Assembly (NCBI GenBank): GCA_030646035.1
Contig: JAUSMY010000046.1
Location: 73,072-137,071 of the forward strand
Direction of reading: 5' to 3'
DNA from: Thermodesulfovibrionia bacterium
Lineage (GTDB): Bacteria > Nitrospirota > Thermodesulfovibrionia > UBA6902
DNA length: 64,000 bases
Shown: positions 49,078 to 58,851 of the stretch, piece after piece
Layout: the number at the start of each line of letters is the position of its first letter
Position numbering within the stretch: the stretch's first letter is position 1
Position numbers and translations under genes: made by a program
The notes under the pieces: generated by a model
Databases searched by the model: none
What the model saw: only the letters and a program-made list of their open reading frames with translations
What the model was told of the DNA's origin: nothing

Positions 49078-50270
49078 CTGCGTATGCTGCCCACCACCTT
49101 ATAGAGAGGCAGGAAGAATGAGGAAATGGTCAAGAGGACTACTATCCCGAGTAAGAAGATCATTACAGGTTCAATTATAACAAATATCTTTTTAACGGTT
49201 TCAGGCACATCCCTGTCATAGATATCGCTGATGTTGAGTATTGAGGAGTCGAGGGTTCCGGTCTTTTCTCCTATCTCAATGATGTTCACTATTAATGGCG
49301 GGAAGTCGCCTGTCTTGCTGAAAGATGTACTGAGAAGTTCTCCGCCGAGCACCGCATTGTTGATATTCTCGAATGTGTCAGCGATGGATGTGTTCTTTAC
49401 AACGCTCGTAGATATTTCGAGAGTCTTGTCCATGCTCATACCTGATTTAAAGAGAGTAGAAAATGTCCTGAAATACCTGGAGTGGTCAAACTTTTTTAAC
49501 AGCGGGCCTATGATAGGAACTTTCAGGATGAATCTGTCAATAAGCCTTCTGCCGGAATAGGATCTGTAAGATAAATTCAGTGCAACCGGAATAGCTATAA
49601 CAGCAAGCAGTATCAATGGCCAGTAATCCCTGGCGATCTCAACAGTTGATATCAAAACTCGTGTTACAAGTGGAAGCTCTGCATTCATTGTGGTAAGGAC
49701 AGCCACAAGTTTAGGCAGGACAAATATAAAGAGTATGCCCATCAGGCTGAAGACAGCTATCATCACTATCAATGGGTATACAAATGCCATTCCTATCTCT
49801 TTTTTTAAATTGATCTTCCATTTTAGATATGCCATTGCATCATCAAGCACCTGATCCATATTGCCGGATACCTCTCCTGCCCTTATGAGGCTTACATAAA
49901 TGTCAGGGAACAGGTCAGGGTGTTCAAGCATTGAGCCGTAAATGGATTTGCCTGATTCTATCTTATCATGGAGGATAGCCGCAGCCCTTGAGACGTTGCT
50001 GTTTGAAGATTGCATGCCTATGCTGTTTAAGCCGTCAAGCAGTGACATTCCTGAAGTGAATATCAGTTTCAAAAAATAAGTGAGGCTGAGCAGGTCGCTT
50101 TCATTAAGCTTTAAACGTGTTTTAAATTCAAAGGACTTTTTAGAAGCATTTATGAGTGTTAACCCCCTTGAGCCAAGCCTCTCTTCAAGCTCGTTCTCAT
50201 TAGATGCGTCTATCTGGTCATTGATAATTTGTGACTCCTTATTTATTGCCCTGTAACTGTAGGTAGCCAT
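49074..50270 (-). CDS. T2SS/T4P inner-membrane platform protein GspF/PilC
   Basis: MATYSYRA, AGEVSGN, YP, GEKTGTLD, IEP motifs. Confidence 0.92.
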   Translation of the reverse strand: MATYSYRAINKESQIINDQIDASNENELEERLGSRGLTLINASKKSFEFKTRLKLNESDLLSLTYFLKLIFTSGMSLLDGLNSIGMQSSNSNVSRAAAILHDKIESGKSIYGSMLEHPDLFPDIYVSLIRAGEVSGNMDQVLDDAMAYLKWKINLKKEIGMAFVYPLIVMIAVFSLMGILFIFVLPKLVAVLTTMNAELPLVTRVLISTVEIARDYWPLILLAVIAIPVALNLSYRSYSGRRLIDRFILKVPIIGPLLKKFDHSRYFRTFSTLFKSGMSMDKTLEISTSVVKNTSIADTFENINNAVLGGELLSTSFSKTGDFPPLIVNIIEIGEKTGTLDSSILNISDIYDRDVPETVKKIFVIIEPVMIFLLGIVVLLTISSFFLPLYKVVGSIRR

Positions 50271-51733
50271 CAGGATGCAGTCCTTGTAGTGCTGAGCACT
50301 TCTTCCAATGAGGTCTTGCCGGAGATGACCTTATTTATGCCGACATCAAACATTGTGCGCATTCCGCTCTTCTTTGCTGCTGCTGCGATAGTGTCGGAAC
50401 TTGCCTTATTTATAACAAGCTCTTTTATGGCTTGATTCATCTTCATGATCTCGTATATAACGGTCCTGCCGCGGTAGCCGCTGTCATTGCATTTCTCACA
50501 TCCCTTAGCCCTGTAGAAGACAGCTCCATCAGGGATCTTGATATCAGAACCTTCAATGAAATTAGTTGGAGGAGAATAGGCCTCTTTGCAGTGATCGCAT
50601 AACAGCCTTATCAGCCTCTGTGAGATGACCGTATCTACAGTTGAAGCAAGAAGGAATGGTTCAATCCCCATGTCTATGAGCCTGGGCAGGCTTGACGCTG
50701 CGTCGTTAGTATGAAGGGTAGAGAAGACCAGATGTCCTGTGAGAGAAGACCTTATCGCAAGTTCTGCTGTTTCAAAATCCCTCATCTCTCCTATGAGTAT
50801 TACATCAGGATCCTGCCTTAATATCGAACGTAAACCGGATGCAAAGGTAAGGCCTGCTTTTACGTTTATTTGCGATTGCCTTATGAGCGGCAGGTGATAC
50901 TCGATAGGGTCTTCAATAGTAAAAATATTTTTATAGACGCTGTTGATTATTGATAAAGCGGAATAGAGCGTTGTTGTCTTGCCTGAACCTGTAGGCCCGC
51001 TCATGAGTATCATCCCATACGGCATGCTCAATGAATGATTCAGCGTCGCAATATCCGCTTTCTCAAAGCCCAGATTTTCAAGTCCTAATATAAGCTGAGA
51101 CTTGTTGAGCAGCCTCATAACGATGTTTTCCCCATCGACGATCGGGAAGGTCGATATTCTTACATCAAATTTCATGTTTTGTCTTGAGATCATCGTGCCC
51201 CCATCCTGAGGCACCCTGTTTTCCGCTATGTTCATTGAACCCATTATCTTTACCCTTGAAACGATCGCAGACAATAAACTTTTCGGCAGGTACATCGCAT
51301 GGCGAAGCCGCCCATCGATCCTGAACCTGACCCTTGTGCCCCTGGTATCAGGCCCTATATGGATATCTGTTGCGCCCATATCAATGGCAGAGAAGATAAT
51401 GTTTTCAACAAGCCTTACAATAGGCACCAGAGATACATCAACCTTGGTTCCGGCGGTCCGGTCTTCTGAACGGAGCGCTGTTGTGCTTTTCCTTACTATA
51501 TCTTCTATATCATCAGGGATATCTATCTCTTCTTTCTGCTCGGCAGTATCGCCGGTATGCGACATGGATAGTACTTTAAGAAGGTCTTGCTGGCTTATAA
51601 AGCCTTTACTGAAGAGGATAGCGCCTATAAGCTCCCCGGTTTTTTTCTGCTCGTCAAGCGCAATTTTCAGCTGCTCTTCTGAGATGAGGCCGGTCTCTAT
51701 CAGGCGTTCGCCTATCTTTTTGTAAAACGGCAT
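50270..51733 (-). CDS. T2SS/T4P assembly ATPase GspE/PilB
   Basis: MshEN-like N-terminus, GPTGSGKTTT, TIEDPIEY, LRQDPD, TGHLVFSTLH, tetracysteine motif. Confidence 0.93.
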   Translation of the reverse strand: MPFYKKIGERLIETGLISEEQLKIALDEQKKTGELIGAILFSKGFISQQDLLKVLSMSHTGDTAEQKEEIDIPDDIEDIVRKSTTALRSEDRTAGTKVDVSLVPIVRLVENIIFSAIDMGATDIHIGPDTRGTRVRFRIDGRLRHAMYLPKSLLSAIVSRVKIMGSMNIAENRVPQDGGTMISRQNMKFDVRISTFPIVDGENIVMRLLNKSQLILGLENLGFEKADIATLNHSLSMPYGMILMSGPTGSGKTTTLYSALSIINSVYKNIFTIEDPIEYHLPLIRQSQINVKAGLTFASGLRSILRQDPDVILIGEMRDFETAELAIRSSLTGHLVFSTLHTNDAASSLPRLIDMGIEPFLLASTVDTVISQRLIRLLCDHCKEAYSPPTNFIEGSDIKIPDGAVFYRAKGCEKCNDSGYRGRTVIYEIMKMNQAIKELVINKASSDTIAAAAKKSGMRTMFDVGINKVISGKTSLEEVLSTTRTAS

Positions 51734-51775
51734 AATTGGTTAACCTGCCTTTGTATAGTAATAAGATACTATTAC

Positions 51776-51803
51776 ATTATAACCAATTATTTCTAAGATG
51801 CAA
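51776..51803 (-). promoter_or_regulatory. putative sigma70 promoter of the secretion operon
   Basis: TTGCAT-N16-TATAAT on the minus strand ~40 nt upstream of the ATPase start. Confidence 0.45.
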
Positions 51804-51867
51804 TAGAAATTTGGAAGCTGATTTTTGAAAAAACCGGTAATCGATATATTGATGAGTGTCAGCTTTG

Positions 51868-52989
51868 TCAGTTCTTTTTGAGCCGTTTACTGTCTGTCAT
51901 TGTTACTATGATATAAAATGCGACCAGGAAAGTTATTGTGACGGCAAGCGCGCCTGTCCATCCTAACAGGTCAGGCAGGAAAATATTACTGCCGGTGATC
52001 TTTATTCTTGAAGACATGAAAGGCATCCACAAACCAACCGCAAGCATTGCGCCTAATATTGCAAAGAAATGTTTGATATGTCCCTCGGCTGACCGCCGGA
52101 GAATTCCGACTACTCACCCGTCTGACAGCACCATGCCGAATCCGAATATCATGCCGCCTATTATGCTGTGCAGCCCGGCAGGCATTACGAATGTTGAGGC
52201 CGGTTTTAATGAAGAAGCTTTGATAATGCTGAAACCGATAACGCCTATGATAAGGCTTATTATCACTCCGCGCATCATTTCATAATTCCGTGAAATGAAC
52301 AAGTCCCGGAACGCTGATGAAAAACCAAAGGAGGCGCGCTGAAATACCAATCCAAATGCCATACCGAAGATCAATATGCCTGCGAGGCTGCCTTTGCCGT
52401 TTACAGAGTAGGCCACGATAATTATAGAAATTAAAATGATGACAAGAAATCCTATTAAAGGTGTTCGTGATAAAGATTTGTTATTGCTGACACAAGATGC
52501 CGGGCTTCCTTGCTTCTTTGATAACAGGAGTTTACCACCGAGATATCCGCCTGCGATCAAACCAACCATCATGTAGAACCCGCTTAATGACAGAGCCATG
52601 ATCGATGAAAAAAAACCACCGACAATACAGGAGCCTGCGATCAGGCTGCCGATTCCCATCAGCACACCGCCTGTGAAACTTTTAGAACATTCACCTGCAC
52701 CGGATTTCGTAATTTTAAATTCTCTTGAAAGCAGGGCGCCGACCAATGCGCCTAAAAACAAGCCGACCGTTATAAGGTTCTTAATATCATATTGCGCCGG
52801 TTCCAGAGGACCCCATGGTGATTCAATATTTATACCTGCAAGCTTGTAAGTCCAAATTCCCCATGTCCCCATTGCGGGATACACAGCTCCCAGCGGCATT
52901 AAATATATAAAGAAGGCGATGTTGAGCAATCCCAACAGCACACCGCCAACCCACTTGGGCCATTGTTTCGTAAATAATTTATTATACAT
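51868..52989 (-). CDS. YeeE/YedE sulfur-compound transporter, probable selenoprotein (UGA at 52114-52116, 373 aa)
   Basis: GMVLSDG-TGA-VVGILRRSAEG aligns with the YeeE GMxLAGGCxxGxLxRxGEG motif; frame stays open 81 more codons with TM helices (FLPDLLGW); SECIS-like hairpin follows. Confidence 0.85.
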
Positions 52990-53039
52990 ATGTATTCAGA
53001 GCCTCCTTTGTTTTATTTCTATTGTTTCTACCATAAAAG

Positions 53040-53309
53040 TTATGGACTCTTATTAGTATCTTTCAGGATCTCCGCCTTTAATTCATCGTATGTAACAGTG
53101 CCGTTCTGCACGATGAAACGATCGTTGAGCATAACAGAAGGGCATGGCGGCGGATCTTTTTCCATCCAATATTCATTGGATGACTTTTTAATCACAACAA
53201 CATCTACGCCGAACTCTTGATTTGCCTTCCAGGCAACCTGAGTGTTCTGCTGTCAACGAGTACCCATCGGTTCGTTTACATATAGCTTAATGGTGTTTTT
53301 CATTTTCAT
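53040..53309 (-). CDS. NEPxGxxU-motif thioredoxin-like selenoprotein (TsoC-like), 89 aa; absent from ORF track
   Basis: AAGGAGG RBS; MKMKNTIKLYVNEPMGTR-TGA(53253-53255)-QQNTQVA...PPPCPSVMLND...YDELKAEILK...*; hairpin CAGG-TTG-CCTG 13-23 nt after UGA. Confidence 0.85.
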
Positions 53310-53330
53310 TTCCTCCTTTAAATTGTGTAA

Positions 53331-54590
53331 CTAAAATTCATATCTCATTTGCCAGTAAATATTATCGTTCTTATCCAACTGCCCGAACTGATTCCATTCT
53401 TCTCCGCCTCCGAAGATATTTGCTCCAACCGCCGCCCATATGGAATCGGAGAAGTTGTACTTAACCTCAGGGTTTAAGAGGTAATCGCTGTCAGTCGGGC
53501 TGTAGAAAGAGAAGAGGGAGAGCCTTAGGGTTTGATGTATCAAAAATTGTGTCAGCCTCACAGAGGCAAGATCATGCAGCTTATTCTCGTGCGGAAATCC
53601 GGCAGGGAGGTACTTCTCGTACTCCGGATATTTGTGCATATATTCGCCGTAATATTGAAGACCGATGGTAAAGTCTTCCCACATCTGTCTCTGGAAGCCG
53701 ACAAGGAATTTCGTTTGTGAATTTGGCATCATCGGGTCTGTGCCGTCACTATCCTGTCTTGAATCGTAATATCCCGCCTCAAGGCTCAGGACACCATCCA
53801 ATGCTCTCCCCTGTAAGCTTGCTCCATAAACAGATAGTTCAGGGTAAAAGAACTCGATCTTTGTCGGAGCAGTCATGCTGTCCGGAAGCATGGAAGGCTG
53901 TCTGGAAAACCCGCGATAAAAATACAGAGACGCATCAAAACCTGAAACATCACGATATATCCTGAATGCAACTTCAGTATTTTCAAGAGTTGCGGTTGGC
54001 TCTTTCTCCACACGATTTGCAATAGACGGCATCGGGTCGAACATGTGGAATCTCTTCTGCTCAGGGAAATTGTTCGGTTCAAAAAATGGAACGATAACCA
54101 ATTCCGCAGAGGCAAAGGATGGATACACGCCGATCTTTATACCATCGACACCTTTTTTTAAATACTCCATTGGCCTGCCTGAGAAGAACGCCTCATAGTC
54201 TTTTGGAAATACATCGTTTATAAAAATCAAATCTCCAAGCCCCCACGTGATGACCTGTCTGCCAAGCCTCATATCCCACATGGAAGAAGTGTAATCAACA
54301 TATCCTTCCCTTAACTCTATTTCGGCTTCTTCATCAACATGGTCATAAAAGGCGTCTGTCTTCAGAAAGAGATGGAATGCTTCTTTATTCGCATCAAGTT
54401 TGATCTGCAATCTTTCCTCAGCCCATTTGAAGTCCTTGCCGTCAGGATTTGATGAGTTGGTGTCTACAGAATAGTTTCCCTGTAAGAAGCCATGCAGTGA
54501 AATATCATCTGCTGTTGCAAACGATGATGATAGCGCAAAGAAAAAGCACGATACGAAACAACCGATAAAAAATCTGTTTTTATTTTTCAT
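53331..54590 (-). CDS. outer-membrane beta-barrel protein (DUF1302-like)
   Basis: signal peptide, LREGYVD, RLGRQVITWG, FGQLDKND, C-terminal YEF. Confidence 0.8.
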   Translation of the reverse strand: MKNKNRFFIGCFVSCFFFALSSSFATADDISLHGFLQGNYSVDTNSSNPDGKDFKWAEERLQIKLDANKEAFHLFLKTDAFYDHVDEEAEIELREGYVDYTSSMWDMRLGRQVITWGLGDLIFINDVFPKDYEAFFSGRPMEYLKKGVDGIKIGVYPSFASAELVIVPFFEPNNFPEQKRFHMFDPMPSIANRVEKEPTATLENTEVAFRIYRDVSGFDASLYFYRGFSRQPSMLPDSMTAPTKIEFFYPELSVYGASLQGRALDGVLSLEAGYYDSRQDSDGTDPMMPNSQTKFLVGFQRQMWEDFTIGLQYYGEYMHKYPEYEKYLPAGFPHENKLHDLASVRLTQFLIHQTLRLSLFSFYSPTDSDYLLNPEVKYNFSDSIWAAVGANIFGGGEEWNQFGQLDKNDNIYWQMRYEF

Positions 54591-54597
54591 TTTGCGC

Positions 54598-55251
54598 CTA
54601 TACTGATTTGTCTGCCCGGATACAAACAAAACCCGCATCTTTTACCAATCTGTTATTTGCAACTTCTTTCCCAGGCTTAACTGATGGAGGCTGACATAAT
54701 GTTGACGAATACGAATCAACTCTCAAGCCTGCCTTCTCTATCATCTCTTTAACTTCATTGACGCTATAAAACTTTGCATACTTGTATATAGAGTGTCCTT
54801 CTGCTTTTTTTCTCGCATACAGCTGACCCCATAAACTTTCCTTGTTTATTATCCCGGCGATAAGCCCTCCGTTTTTCTTCAAAACCCTTTTTGCCTCAGA
54901 GATCACCTTCTCAGGATTTTCCACAAAGCAGAGCGTAAACAGTATAAATACGCCTCCAAAAGATTCATCTTTAAAAGGCAGTTTATCTCCTGAAGCTGTC
55001 TCGGCCTTTATCCCGCGCATCTCCGCTATCTTTAAAACTTCTTTAGAAGGATCAATGCCGTACTCAATACCCAATGCTTCTGCAAATCGTCCCGTTCCTA
55101 CTCCGATTTCGAGGAAGGGATGTTCAAGTCCTTTCATCAAAAGCCTTGCTGACGCGGCCTCCAGTTCAAAAAGCACTTTGCCTTCCGCACTATCAAACCA
55201 CTTATCGTAATCCCCGGCATGCTTGTCAAAGGCTTCAACATCAGAACTCAT
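54598..55251 (-). CDS. class I SAM-dependent methyltransferase
   Basis: YDKWF, LEIGVGTGRFA, LPF.DESF, EAKRVLK..G. Confidence 0.9.
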   Translation of the reverse strand: MSSDVEAFDKHAGDYDKWFDSAEGKVLFELEAASARLLMKGLEHPFLEIGVGTGRFAEALGIEYGIDPSKEVLKIAEMRGIKAETASGDKLPFKDESFGGVFILFTLCFVENPEKVISEAKRVLKKNGGLIAGIINKESLWGQLYARKKAEGHSIYKYAKFYSVNEVKEMIEKAGLRVDSYSSTLCQPPSVKPGKEVANNRLVKDAGFVCIRADKSV

Positions 55252-56036
55252 TCCACCCACTTCTTCGGCGGCTGCTTTAAGAATCGTTCGCTGAACAGGC
55301 TGTCTTCTATCCCGATGTTGTAATCCGTTTTCGTATAGGTAACCTCTGTCCTGTGTCCGCTTGCCAGGTTTTTCATCGCTCTCTTTGTGATTGTCGGAAT
55401 ACCTTTAACATCTTGTATTTCATCAGCGCTGAAGACTCTGTAGAGTTCGCCTTTTTTGTCATAATACTCTTCTTTCAGCGGCAGGAAACTGACCTTGTCA
55501 ATCCATGAGAGTTTGTAACTGTAATCAACATCCTGAGCCTTTGGAGAGCTTTTTATAACATAGCACTCTTTTGTATCAAGTCTTTCCTCTTTTGCAATAG
55601 CATGGTTATCATCTTCCACATCCCGTCCCGAAACATCTTCATATGTAAAATCAGAGCCGACAAAGCTTGAGCTTTTGTCCTGCGCGGCAATCCGTCGAAC
55701 CATGTTGATCGCAGGCACAAAGAGCCACCTGTCATCGTCTTTAGCAGGGAATTTGTAAACCATGAACGTCATGTCTTTCACGTCAGCAGGCTGATAGAAG
55801 TACATGAAATATTTCTGCTCTCCGCCAGACGCGCCGTAATTCTTTCTCAGCATTGTAAGTTCCCTGACTCTCTCCTGTCCGCTTTTGCTGATAAGCTTCA
55901 TCATGACCCTTGCCTTGAAATCCTTGCCTTGATAGAAGAAAGCTTCCTGAGATTTTTTAACAGCTTCCTCCGCAGTCAGGGCAAAGACATTTAACGGCAT
56001 TAACAGTACAACCAATAACATCAGATATCGCTTCAT
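55248..56036 (-). CDS. outer-membrane lipoprotein-sorting (LolA-like) protein
   Basis: signal peptide; PADVK, DDRWLFVPA..VRRI, SFVGSDFTYED. Confidence 0.85.
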   Translation of the reverse strand: MKRYLMLLVVLLMPLNVFALTAEEAVKKSQEAFFYQGKDFKARVMMKLISKSGQERVRELTMLRKNYGASGGEQKYFMYFYQPADVKDMTFMVYKFPAKDDDRWLFVPAINMVRRIAAQDKSSSFVGSDFTYEDVSGRDVEDDNHAIAKEERLDTKECYVIKSSPKAQDVDYSYKLSWIDKVSFLPLKEEYYDKKGELYRVFSADEIQDVKGIPTITKRAMKNLASGHRTEVTYTKTDYNIGIEDSLFSERFLKQPPKKWVE

Positions 56037-56037
56037 T

Positions 56038-58341
56038 TTAACTCTCCCTTTTGAAAAGCCAGCCTTGCAGTAAAACAATAAGAGCTGGCAGATAAATTAT
56101 TGTCATTATCGCGCTGAGCAGCATCATGCTGACAATGAAAGCGCCCACAGTTATATACGGGGTTAACGGCGCGAATATCATTACGGCAAAGGATGCTGCA
56201 AAGAGTATTGCGTTGCGCATTATCCCTTTCCCGGGACGCGCTGCTGTCCAGAGCAATGCGTCAGAAAGAGTTTCGCTCCCCTTCGTTTCGGTCATGCGTT
56301 GCCTGAGCCTGCTCACAAAATGGATAGCAAAGTCCACCGCCATGCCGAGAGAGAGGCAGGAAAGAACAGAGATCGGCATATCAAAGTCCTTGCCGATAAA
56401 GCCGACAACTCCATAGATAAACAGTATTGTGAAGAGAAGCGGGGTATATCCGACAATAGCCCATTTGACGGATCGGAAGTCAAAGGCAAGGATGGCAAAT
56501 ACGGCTATCAATGCAATAATAAAGCCCGTTACCATGTCCCATAACACCTCATCATTCCAGACAAGGTTGAAGTAGGCGATACCCGACGGCTTCAATTCCA
56601 TAGCAACAGGATGGGCAGTCTTGTACTCATCCATCGCCTTTATCACCTCCCTCATTGCCTGCGCGTCCCATGTCTTCAACTGCACCCAGATGTTCGCTTT
56701 TCTGAACGGGTAGTCCACAACATTGTCCAGATCAGCGGGCTTTGCAGACATTGAGAAGAGGAAGATATACTGCCCGATCATCTCCTTTGTCTCAGGGACA
56801 ACATCATATTTAGGGTCATTGTCATGAAGGACAAGGTTAATCCGCTTCACGTAGTCAACAACCGAAGTTGTCTTGCCGACAACAGAGAGTTTTTCAAGGT
56901 GCTGCTGAAGCCCCTCGATATAGCGCATCGCCTCAGGGGTTTTTATGAAATCATCTTCTTCTGCAGTCGCGACGACATATGCCATTGAGGTGCCGCCGAG
57001 AGAACTGTTTATGACCGTATCGGCTATACGAACATCGCTGTCCTTCTTGAACCATTCCACCAGATTATTATTGACATTCATTTTTGTTACCCCGACAATT
57101 GCTATCGCACAAAGCACAAGGCCGGCGATGACCGTAGCCTTTGGACTATGCGTGCCTATTGAGGCAAGCTTCTGTAATAAACTCGAAGTCCTGCTTGAGC
57201 CGATGTCTTCCGCATGAGCGATCTTTTCTATCTGCTCATCTTTCACAAAGGTGAACATGGCCGGGATAAAGCTGAAACTCAAGATCCGCAGGACGATAGT
57301 GCCGAATGCCACAACACCGCCAAAGACCTGTACCGGGATAATATTCATAAAAAGAAGCACGCCGAAACCGACGGCTGTTGCCAATGCGGTGTTGCGGACA
57401 GGGCGGCTCACAGCTCGCATTGTCTCGATTATTGCGGCCTTTTTGTCTTTCTTCTCCCTGTAGCGGAAGTAGAACTCGTTGAATATATGCATGCTGTCTG
57501 TTGCGATAGCCATAAGAAAGACAGGCGCCATTGAACTCATGATATGAATAGGGTAGCCAAGGCCAATAAGAAGTCCCATGCTCCAGACGATGCTGACCAT
57601 GGCGTCCATCATCAGCGTAATGGAGAGGAAAAGGTCTCTGAACATGAGATACCTGACAAGAAGCATGACCATTCCTGCAATCGGGGCAAAGATCGCCATG
57701 AGCTTGAACATCTCAGCTCCGAAAGTATCCCGTGCTACAGGATCGCCTGCTACGTAATATTTTTCATCGCCTGTTTCTTTCTTCAATATCTTTTTTATCT
57801 CATCGGCGATCTCTTTTCCGTTTGATCCTTTTTCAAGAGGGACATATATGGCGGTAGTCTTTCCATCCTTTGAGATAATTTTGTCAATGAATAGCGGGTT
57901 TTCAAACAGCATCTTCCTGAGTGACTCTATCTCCGCCTCACTTTTTGGAACTTCTGTCATGAGAGGAGCGACCCGCAGCGTGCCTGCTTCGGCAGTTACA
58001 TTGGTAATAGTCGGAAAGCTGTTTACATCTCTGGCAGCAACGCCCTTAAGTTTTAATATTTCATCTGTGATCCTCTGGACCTTTCCGAGGGTATCTTTGT
58101 TGAGAACGCCTTTTTCATTCACAATCCCGACCACGATCATGTCTTCATAAAGGCTGAAGGTCTTTTCTACTTCGTCATTCCACATCCTGACATCTGATGT
58201 CTCAGGGAGCATGCTTTTGGGGTTCGTGTCAGTCTTGATCTTCGTAAACTGGGTCGCAAACGCAAGTGTGATGATAATCGTAAGCAGTACGATTAGTTTT
58301 GGATGTTCAACAGAAAATTCAACAAGGGAAAACTTACGCAT
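56038..58341 (-). CDS. MMPL/RND family transporter
   Basis: two halves each 1 TM + large loop + 5 TM; IATDSMH and GMAVDFAIHF motifs. Confidence 0.9.
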   Translation of the reverse strand: MRKFSLVEFSVEHPKLIVLLTIIITLAFATQFTKIKTDTNPKSMLPETSDVRMWNDEVEKTFSLYEDMIVVGIVNEKGVLNKDTLGKVQRITDEILKLKGVAARDVNSFPTITNVTAEAGTLRVAPLMTEVPKSEAEIESLRKMLFENPLFIDKIISKDGKTTAIYVPLEKGSNGKEIADEIKKILKKETGDEKYYVAGDPVARDTFGAEMFKLMAIFAPIAGMVMLLVRYLMFRDLFLSITLMMDAMVSIVWSMGLLIGLGYPIHIMSSMAPVFLMAIATDSMHIFNEFYFRYREKKDKKAAIIETMRAVSRPVRNTALATAVGFGVLLFMNIIPVQVFGGVVAFGTIVLRILSFSFIPAMFTFVKDEQIEKIAHAEDIGSSRTSSLLQKLASIGTHSPKATVIAGLVLCAIAIVGVTKMNVNNNLVEWFKKDSDVRIADTVINSSLGGTSMAYVVATAEEDDFIKTPEAMRYIEGLQQHLEKLSVVGKTTSVVDYVKRINLVLHDNDPKYDVVPETKEMIGQYIFLFSMSAKPADLDNVVDYPFRKANIWVQLKTWDAQAMREVIKAMDEYKTAHPVAMELKPSGIAYFNLVWNDEVLWDMVTGFIIALIAVFAILAFDFRSVKWAIVGYTPLLFTILFIYGVVGFIGKDFDMPISVLSCLSLGMAVDFAIHFVSRLRQRMTETKGSETLSDALLWTAARPGKGIMRNAILFAASFAVMIFAPLTPYITVGAFIVSMMLLSAIMTIIYLPALIVLLQGWLFKRES

Positions 58342-58392
58342 GCATACCTCCACCTATTTACGCAGGAATGATAATATTCGCAAGCTGCTTAC

Positions 58393-58815
58393 TTAAAACG
58401 TCAGATTCATATCCGCCTTGATAACAACATCTTTATAATATGTGGCCGGGTCAGCTACCTCTACACCATCAACAAAATCCTGCTTGGTCATGCCAAAGAG
58501 CGGGACGTTCAAGGGACATGCAAGCAGCTTCGCTCCCTCTTTGTAGAGCATGAAAAGCAGATCTTCAACCGACGGGAGGTTCATTTCATCCATCCTCGCC
58601 ATAACAGCATCGCCTTCTTCTTTAGGTTGGTCCGGCAGGCAGACAAGTGTGTTTACCTTGTCCTTATGAAGGGCGTTGACCCCGCGCGACCCGAAGAACA
58701 TTGTGACATTAGAACCCTCTTTCAGGAGGCTGTACGCGGTCATGAGGGCATTGTAAACCTGGCACAGTTCATCGTGGAAACACATAATCGAAACGTTTTT
58801 GATAACCTTTTCCAT
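58393..58815 (-). CDS. DsrE/DsrF/DrsH-like sulfur carrier protein
   Basis: VTMFF...GV..L, GAKLLACP...LFG, ADMNLTF. Confidence 0.85.
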   Translation of the reverse strand: MEKVIKNVSIMCFHDELCQVYNALMTAYSLLKEGSNVTMFFGSRGVNALHKDKVNTLVCLPDQPKEEGDAVMARMDEMNLPSVEDLLFMLYKEGAKLLACPLNVPLFGMTKQDFVDGVEVADPATYYKDVVIKADMNLTF

Positions 58816-58851
58816 TTTATCCCTCCTTAATTTTTTAAAGCCAACTGTTAT

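Noticed and set aside
52990-53220. Plus-strand 76-aa ORF
   Set aside because: Antisense shadow of the minus-strand selenoprotein gene, which has the RBS and operon context
51868-53309. Genome-wide UGA reassignment (code 4 or 25) as the cause of the in-frame TGAs
   Set aside because: TGA is a genuine stop for ftsX, mlaE, mlaF and cytochrome 4, and Trp is encoded by TGG; the two TGAs sit at Cys-type positions followed by hairpins
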